DNA of 63,841 nucleotides, counting the filler, from Craspedostauros australis (taxonomy: Eukaryota), in NCBI GenBank assembly GCA_030167865.1. It is 8 parts of 8 records of this genome, joined end to end, with 100 filler letters (N's around TTAATTAATTAA, not from the genome) between each part and the next. Parts side by side here need not be neighbours in the genome. Positions count along the whole stretch, not along the records: positions 55,453 to 60,307 come from JALAGF010002590.1; positions 60,408 to 62,517 come from JALAGF010002593.1; positions 62,618 to 63,841 come from JALAGF010002606.1; 5 more parts are not named here. One strand, given 5' to 3'. The notes beneath the pieces are model-generated. The model made no database searches. It was given only the letters and a program-made list of their open reading frames with translations, and was not told the DNA's origin. Below, one piece after another: positions 56,409 to 63,841 of the stretch (positions are counted from its first letter, which is position 1; the number at the start of each line of letters is the position of its first letter). The translations under genes were made by a program, and so were the position numbers.

Positions 56409-59279
56409 ATGCAAACCGCGTATGGTACAACACGCAGAGACAAGCAGCGGATGATGTGTTACTGCCATGCGAGCACAACAAGTCCAAAGAGGAGAGTGCA
56501 TCCGGAGCCGACGAACAACCAACACACACACAACCACAACGACAACCGCGACGATAAGAGCAACAACAACAGGAAGACATGCAAAGAGATGCCGCGGACA
56601 CCGACCTTCACGCTGTACAGGACATCAGCAAAGAAGCCAGATGGATCAATTGTTGACACAAGATCAGCGGTCTTGGCGCCGTACGCAGTGGCGACCACGA
56701 CACCACTGCCACCGATTCTGCGCCATCCGAGCGCCGGTGGTGGCGATGATACCTCCCGGTCTCCTCCAGATGACAACGCTAATCGGCACAAAAGGGATTG
56801 CGGTGACTGGGATATGACGGTTCCTCCAGCATCCGGCAGCCTGCAGCAGCATGATTGGAAGTATCGACGGGATGGAGCACCCAACTATCCGCACCATCAT
56901 TACTACGCTTCCTTCTCACAAAGGACGCACCCGTCACAACTGCCGACAACGCAGCCTCCACATGGCCATCCGCACGGCGCTCACCACCAGGAGAGTCATG
57001 TTGGTTACTGGTCACGTCCACCATCCTACCAGAGATACGGGCCTGATCCATCGCATCCATCTCATGCTTCTCACTTGGATATTGGTACCTCGTCTGATTG
57101 CGTGGACGGTCGGTCGGTTCCTGGGGTCGATGTCGCGGCTCGAGACAAACACGAGGTTGATCATGCTCACGCTCCGCAAAAGAATGCGGAACCGTGCTTC
57201 GGATGTCCGAACCCACCAGCGTCAACCACAGCAGCGCCATATCCGGGCGATCATGATGCTAAGTCTCAGCGACTGCCTACGCTTCCACATAGGCATGCCA
57301 TCAGCTATCAGCCATTCTATCCGGATTATCATCCAAATCACCGTGCGGCTGCATTTGCGAACGCCACTGCTGACCGTCGTTCTGAGTTTCATGATGGTCA
57401 GCATTCGGGCTATCCAAGGGACAATCGTCCTCACTACGAGTACTCGTATCCACAGGATCATACGAGCAATCAGACGCACAACCATCGCGACAACTACGAT
57501 GGATCTCGCTGGGATCCTCAATATCGATCTCCTCCGTCTGCACCTACGCCAACGTACAATTATCCACCGCGACCTCGTCAGTGTGCGCAATGTGGCCATG
57601 AATGTAAATGTTCAAAGTATGAGCCGGACGAGTCTGTGGATTCCGAAGGTGGTTCCAGATCGTGCTCGAGGGATTGGAATGGGCGTTCTGCGCCACCGCC
57701 TCTGCACGAAAGCGAGTCTCGGTATAGCTATGAGCATTCATCGCGTATCCGATACCATCGTGACGTTGCCGAGGAACAGTGCGATTATGATCCCAAAAGA
57801 CGTAGGCGGAGCAAAGAGTCAGAAAGAGAGAGAGAACGTGCAGAATCACCGAACTTGGCTGCGTCGGACGACCACTCACTATCAATCAAACCACAGCCAG
57901 TTGATTCCACACCGAGGTCAGAGCTGGAAGAGCCAACAAACATCGATCATGACTATCAACGACAAAATCAAATTTCGGAGAACAATGCAAATACCAATAC
58001 TACTCATATCCGTACGCAACCATTGTCAATCGTGCTGAGAGCCGAAGAACTCGAGGAGTCAGATGAGGAGTGCGAACCTGCATACGCGCAATCGCTGCCA
58101 CCATCACAGTCGGCGACGACCGCACGCGACGCTACAGCAAGAGCACCAACCAAAGTACGCAGTACTACGAGCACAAATGTGGAAATTCGAATCGAAACAA
58201 CCAAAACAGTCTCGGAGAGGACGGTGTGCGAACGATTGGAAGTCACCCATGGGAATCCGAAATCGAACTTGAGAACTTCACGCGTGATTATGAATCCTGG
58301 TGGGATGCAAACAAGCAACAAGCCAATTGCAACCTCCATCGGCAGCAAATGCCATGACGGCAGCAGCAACAGCAGCAAGAAACGTGACCGAACAGATACA
58401 GCAAGCGATGCAGAAGATCAAAGCAATCTGAAACGATCGGATGCTGATCATAGACATTTGGACCTTCGGATGCAAATGGTCGCACTGGACGGAACCGGAG
58501 TACCGACAATTCCGGCGATCAGCAGCGCCAACCAAAACGGCGACATGATTGTCACGCAAACAACGGCAGGCGCCACGTCACAACCACATCCCCAGATGGT
58601 ACAACAGAGCTACACAATGGGTGTCAATGATGTGGCCAACACAACTACTGCTACAACTGCGACTGGAACTGAAATAGCAGCAGATCAATTCATTCCACCA
58701 GGCTTGCCAACCGTGCTTCCACGGATTATCACGGCACCGGGTGGACCACAGGGGATTTCGGACGGACAGATCTTCTTTGATCCGGTATCGCAGTGTTTCT
58801 TGATGGCGCAAGAGATTCCAGCGAATGAAGCAACGAATGAAGCAACGCAGCATGTCAGGCCAACAAGCACCATTCAGAACCCCGTGAATCCACAGCTGCC
58901 GATGATCGCTATGCCCCCGCCCACGTTAGACCAAGCGGGATCGCTCATTCAGCCCATGGCCGGGCCATTGATCCCAGCCGGGAGCAATAACCCCGTCTTC
59001 TTGCAGCAACCGAATGGAGGCGTGGCCGGCATGCCGAACTTGATGCTGATGAATCCATCCGGCCTGCAGCAGATGATTCAGGCCAATCCCATCCCCTTCG
59101 GCGCCACCATCATTCCCAGCGAAACGATCACTGGCCCCAACCTTTTGCAGACGTACCCTGCGACCGTTGTTGCTCCGAACGGCGCCTCCGACCTGGCGCC
59201 TGGATGGCAGCAAATTGCGATTCCAAACCCACAACTGCAACTGCAACCTCCACAACTATACCAACTGGAGCAACATTGA
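56409..59279 (+). CDS. Large intrinsically disordered His/Pro/Tyr- and Gln/Pro-rich hypothetical protein
   Basis: 956-codon ORF containing a CAQCGHECKC motif, basic patches and a Q/P/M-rich C-terminus. True start may be 56589. Confidence 0.65.
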   Translation: MQTAYGTTRRDKQRMMCYCHASTTSPKRRVHPEPTNNQHTHNHNDNRDDKSNNNRKTCKEMPRTPTFTLYRTSAKKPDGSIVDTRSAVLAPYAVATTTPLPPILRHPSAGGGDDTSRSPPDDNANRHKRDCGDWDMTVPPASGSLQQHDWKYRRDGAPNYPHHHYYASFSQRTHPSQLPTTQPPHGHPHGAHHQESHVGYWSRPPSYQRYGPDPSHPSHASHLDIGTSSDCVDGRSVPGVDVAARDKHEVDHAHAPQKNAEPCFGCPNPPASTTAAPYPGDHDAKSQRLPTLPHRHAISYQPFYPDYHPNHRAAAFANATADRRSEFHDGQHSGYPRDNRPHYEYSYPQDHTSNQTHNHRDNYDGSRWDPQYRSPPSAPTPTYNYPPRPRQCAQCGHECKCSKYEPDESVDSEGGSRSCSRDWNGRSAPPPLHESESRYSYEHSSRIRYHRDVAEEQCDYDPKRRRRSKESERERERAESPNLAASDDHSLSIKPQPVDSTPRSELEEPTNIDHDYQRQNQISENNANTNTTHIRTQPLSIVLRAEELEESDEECEPAYAQSLPPSQSATTARDATARAPTKVRSTTSTNVEIRIETTKTVSERTVCERLEVTHGNPKSNLRTSRVIMNPGGMQTSNKPIATSIGSKCHDGSSNSSKKRDRTDTASDAEDQSNLKRSDADHRHLDLRMQMVALDGTGVPTIPAISSANQNGDMIVTQTTAGATSQPHPQMVQQSYTMGVNDVANTTTATTATGTEIAADQFIPPGLPTVLPRIITAPGGPQGISDGQIFFDPVSQCFLMAQEIPANEATNEATQHVRPTSTIQNPVNPQLPMIAMPPPTLDQAGSLIQPMAGPLIPAGSNNPVFLQQPNGGVAGMPNLMLMNPSGLQQMIQANPIPFGATIIPSETITGPNLLQTYPATVVAPNGASDLAPGWQQIAIPNPQLQLQPPQLYQLEQH

Positions 59280-60407
59280 AGACGGTGGTCTTGAGTGCGC
59301 AAAGCTCCTGCCATCGTCATCATCATCGTTGGAGTTGTTACGAACACAAATTTTAATCGGCACGCACAACGGCGACGCTTATCACCTTCTCTGTTGGGTA
59401 TGAAGACGTGCACCTCTGCAAGAACATTCAACGCTTGTGTTCTCCATCGAAAAGTGCGGCAGTCTCCAGGAACTACTCGCATAGTAGATGATACTTTCTC
59501 ACAGTCGCGTGTACCGGAAACCGACAGTTCGTCATCACCCCTTGCATCTCGCACACCTGAATGAAATGTCAACGCAACCAGAATTCGTCTGGTTGCCACG
59601 CCGAATACCTGTGCGGAGCCACCTGCGTCATGTCGATGATTGTTGTTTGTGTTCCGAACCCACGATCGTGGCCGACCCACAGCACACAAACATCAAGGAT
59701 TCGCTCTTTCCGGGTTGACGTGCGGACAGTTTGGGTGACATTAGTTGGATTCGATGTTGCCATCATGCATGACTAGAACTTGTCCGTTTTAGACAGACGC
59801 ATTCGAGAACTCCTTGTTGTCACTTTCGAACAAAAACGGACAACACATCACACCAAATGACGCGCCAAAAGAGGAATACCACACAATGGAGGTGGTTGTA
59901 AGGGTCATAATTTCATAATCTGGGCCTCTCGACCAATCATATCGCTCCATTTAGGGCACAAGATACCTTTCGGCTCGTCGTCGAATTGGGGGTCAACGTC
60001 GACATAACGTCAATCGAAATAATTATGAACTCCTTGTCCGCGAATATGAACGCTCCTCGGAGACCGTTCATAATTTCATAATCTCTCTGACGAGTCGTGG
60101 TAGTCCAAAATTCGTTCTCAACAGCTACATCGGAGCAAAACTTTGTGCTCACACCAGATTGATCCGATGTGCTCTACTGCAAATTGATTATTCGTTCCCA
60201 CCCATTGTATCGCAACTGTCTGTTGCAATTTAACTCCTTCTTTAGATGCACCTAGTGTACCTCTGTATTTATCATCCGATGAACTCCAGCGGATCATATC
60301 TTCCCACNNNNNNNNNNNNNNNNNNNNNNNNNNNNNNNNNNNNNNNNNNNNTTAATTAATTAANNNNNNNNNNNNNNNNNNNNNNNNNNNNNNNNNNNNN
60401 NNNNNNN

Positions 60408-61422
60408 GGATATGCTGGAAGATGATGTCATATCGATTCCTGCTCAGGTGGGTCATGAGTGTGTTAGTAGGGACGGATACGCAGGTGCCACGCCAATAGT
60501 CCCTTTTTGATGGTGCGTTCCATACTCCCATGTAGTAGTACATTGCCAGGAATATGTACAGCTCGGAAATTGTGATGGCAGGGGCCATGCTGCCGCTCTT
60601 CCATAGATGATTGTTCGAATGCTGTTGGATTCTTTCCATCAAGGTATGTGGAAAAATGATCTTGAGAAGGCTGCCCACTGTTGTCTTCAAATTCCGAATG
60701 CCAGCAAATCTTGGCTTGTGATTTCCAATGGGTAGGGGCGTGTACGGAGGAGGAGCCATGGGATGAAGAAGAGGTACCAGAGGACTGGCGATGTTGTCCC
60801 CTGGGGAGGCTGCATAGCGGGAATCCCAGGGTGGCTTGGTGGATTCTTTGGAGCAGACGACGGTATTGCACCTGGATTGCCCATCTGTTGGTGTTGGGAA
60901 TGGAGGGAAGTTCAGTTGCGGAATGGTTCTCTGGTTGCTTCCATCACCAGTGAAGCATGCACGACCCTCCAAGCTTCCTCGCGTGGTGGTGCTGTCCGTG
61001 GAGAACTCTGGTGTAGTAGTGCTGTTGGTGTAGGATTTTCGTGTTGGCGAAGGGATGGGGCTGACTGTGCTGCCATTTGTGGCATCGTCATGGCAGGGCT
61101 GATGGTTGGCATCAATGTCCAATGAGGAGGCAGTGGTATCCAAACCAGGCAGATTAGGATTGCCCCAGATGTTGGTGGTGTTGCAGGATTCATTGTTTCC
61201 GAGGAAGTCTCTGTAGGTTGGACTTCGCTCAGAATTAGATGTGCTGTTGTTGTCTCCAAAGAAGATGGCAGAGGAAGGCACGCCATTCAGGAATATGATA
61301 TGTGGCCGTGAGCTGCTGTAGGGTGACCCGTCATACGCAAGGGGCTTGTGTGCAGGCAAGGATGGCAATGTGCCTGTGGGAGGTGCGCGCTTTCGTGATG
61401 GCTTCTTTGGGGGATCAACCAT
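60408..61422 (-). mobile_element. piggyBac-like transposase (DDE_Tnp_1_7), N-terminal part, truncated by gap
   Basis: SLLKIIFPHTLMERIQQHSN..ITISELYIFLAMYYYMG...PSKRDYW...LSRNRYDII is the typical PGBD N-terminal pattern. Confidence 0.8.
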
Positions 61423-61439
61423 GATGCAACTTGGACTGA

Positions 61440-62517
61440 TGTGATCTGATGCTGTGATGTTGCAATGCCGCGATGCTGCAATGTTGGGATGCCGCGGTGC
61501 TGTGATGCCGCGATGATGTGATGCTGCAATTCCGCGACGCTGTGATGCTGCAACGCTGTGATGTTGCAATGATGTGATGCCGTGATGGTGTGATGTCGCA
61601 ACACTGCAATGCTGTGATGTCGCGACGCTGCGATGATGTGATGGTGTGATGCTGTGATGCCGTGATGGTGTGATCCTGCAATGCCGTGATGGTGTGATGT
61701 CGCAACACTGCAATGCTGTGATGTCGCAATGCTGCGATGATGTGATGGTGCGATGCCGTGATGCCGTGATGGTGTGATCCTGCAATGCCACGACGCTGTG
61801 ATGTTGCAATGATGTGATGTTGCAATGATGTGATGCCGTGATGGTGTGATCCTGCAATGCCGCGACGCTGTGATGTTGCAACGCTGCAATGCTGTGATGT
61901 CGCGACGCTGCGATGATGTGATGGCGCGATGCCGTGATGCCGTGATGGTGTGATTCTGCAATGCCGCGACGCTGTGATGTCGCAACGCTGCAATGCTGTG
62001 ATGTCGCGACACTGCGATGATGTGATGGCGCGATGCCGTGATGGTGCGATGCCACGATGCTGTGATGCTGTGATGCTGCAATGCCACGACACTGTGATGA
62101 TGTGATGGCACGACACTGTGATGATGTGATGGCACGATGCCACAACGCTGTGATGCCACGACGCTGCAATGCTGTGATGCCGCGACGCTGTGATGATGTG
62201 ATGCCGCGACGCTGTGATGATGTGATGCCGCGATGCCGTGATGATGTGATGTCGCGATGCTGTGATGGCGCGATGCCACAACGCTGTGATGCCGCGACGC
62301 TGTGATGCAGCAATGCTGTGATCGTGCAATGTTGCGATAATGCGATGTTGCGATTATGCGATGTTGCGATTATGCGATGTTGCGATGCAGCCATCCTGTG
62401 ATGTTGCCATGCTGCAATGTTGCCATGCTGCAGTGCTCACATGATGCCATGCTCACATGATGCCATGCTCACATGATGCCATGCTCACATGATGCCATGC
62501 TCACATGATGCCATGCT
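61440..62517. repeat. Degenerate 8/16-bp satellite (TGTGATGC/CGCGATGC/TGCAATGC) ending in a perfect 16-bp array
   Basis: About 1.1 kb of octamer variants with higher-order blocks; (TGCTCACATGATGCCA) x5+ at 62434-62517. Confidence 0.95.
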
Positions 62518-62617
62518 NNNNNNNNNNNNNNNNNNNNNNNNNNNNNNNNNNNNNNNNNNNNTTAATTAATTAANNNNNNNNNNNNNNNNNNNNNNNNNNN
62601 NNNNNNNNNNNNNNNNN

Positions 62618-62688
62618 CGTGCGGCCTGCTTGGCTGGAGCGAAAGCGGCGGCAGAGGCGATGAGGGAGGCGATGATGCAGGTCTTCAT
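62618..62688 (-). CDS. 5' end of a plastid-targeted protein, likely a fucoxanthin-chlorophyll (Lhcf/FCP) protein
   Basis: MKTCIIASLIASAAAFAPAKQAAR resembles diatom Lhcf presequences. The mature part lies in the gap. Confidence 0.55.
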
Positions 62689-63841
62689 GGTGATTGTCGT
62701 TCTTTGGTTATTGCTGGCGATGATTTGATTTTGTGAGAAAGAAAACACCAAACCTGTTTGGTGAGTTGTTTCTCCCGTGGTTCGTCGTGTTGATGCAACA
62801 TTGCCGTACGACTATAGTAGGCGTCCTCGCATCTCTTCCTCCTCCTCCTCCTCCTCCTCCATGCGAGGACATGTTCGATTTGCGCCAGCTCGCATGAGGC
62901 GTGGTGAGTTGCTCGCCCGCTCGCGGGTATCTTCTTGTGCAACATCAACCAAAACGCAGGAGGAAAAGATACCAACCAACCAAGATCACTGTTTCTTCAG
63001 ATGCGAGGTCTCTACGAGGTCTTCATGTGCAACGTTCTTCGGTTGCGTGTGCGTCACGTGTTTGGATTTATCATGACTCGATATGATTGGTAAGACCCGG
63101 TTGAGTGACGGGACCTGTAGTCAGTCCTGGGGTGTCGGCGACAGACGGGGTTTTCAACCAAATCATCCACATATTTATAAACTAGATGACACTATGAGAT
63201 GCCAAGTGGAGCCCGATTTTGTTTTAATGTCTTCTCTTAATTTTTATGGAGAATTGTAGATTTACGGTCCACTTGGTCGAATATGAACGCTGTTCCGTGA
63301 TGATTGGAAGACATTTATTAGTCTTTCTGACGCAAACAACGTGATGTGCGCAGACACGTTCGGGAACCATCATTGTTTGACGGGTTGCGGACAGAGTTTG
63401 GTATTTCAACAATGTCATAGTTTGATCTATCCGAACATACTTGATTGGCCTATTACCGTTAAATAACGTTATACATACACTTTCAAATTGTTGACTCTGA
63501 TCACACGTGGCGATTTCGGTACGCTCGCTCTGTGTGAACCGTTTCAATTGGTTTTTCCGAAACCGACAGTTTGCGAGTCTTTTCTTACCAATTCGTTTCA
63601 GCAGACGATACTTGAATCCAACCCAAAAGCTCGAAAATGACCAACATGGCGAAGGTGAAGACACGATCAACTACCTGCAAACATGAAATAGTACGATTGC
63701 GCCGTATCCCCCATATATTCTTGTGTTCACAAATCACGGTTTCTGGCGTGCGGTGACAAACATCGGCACAGCGATGAATGTGTGACTTTGTGTGCTAGTA
63801 ACACATCCCAGAATGACTGTGCATTCGAGGTGGGAAAGCTC

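Noticed and set aside
61287..62394. Long His/Ser/Arg-rich ORFs (680, 330 and 304 aa)
   Set aside because: Products of a stop-poor satellite open in all three frames. Only the part from ATG 61422 onward looks like real protein.
62434..62517. Regular 16-bp repeat as a CRISPR array or telomere
   Set aside because: No spacers or cas genes, eukaryotic context, and not a TTAGGG-type repeat.
63224..63670. 148-aa minus-strand ORF
   Set aside because: AT-rich, non-ATG start, no recognisable motif.

Overview
Eukaryotic nuclear DNA, almost certainly a diatom. Evidence: ASAFAP-type bipartite plastid presequences, an iota-carbonic anhydrase, an FCP-like presequence, a CoDi-like Ty1/copia element and GT-AG introns. 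The window is a draft scaffold of eight segments joined by artificial 100-nt N-TTAATTAATTAA-N linkers, so adjacency across linkers is not reliable. Most genes are compact housekeeping genes: CysRS, EXS-domain protein, UAA/SLC35B1 transporter, MATE, p23, RNI-like LRR protein, NAD(P)HX epimerase, TIM21, MaoC-like protein, HEATR5, PNGase, GT47 exostosin and an SRPBCC protein. The last ~13 kb are TE-rich (decayed copia, piggyBac-like transposase, satellite). Best lead: a three-domain plastid iota-carbonic anhydrase that shares an ~850-bp divergent promoter, dense in TGACGT/TGACGTCA (CCRE/bZIP-type) sites, with an uncharacterised plastid-targeted membrane protein. This is a candidate co-regulated CO2-concentrating-mechanism pair. 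Second lead: a type-I membrane protein with silaffin-like KxxK clusters and a cytosolic H-x-C-x4-C-x2-C motif. No CRISPR, rRNA or tRNA was recognised. All calls come from reading motifs; no database searches were run.
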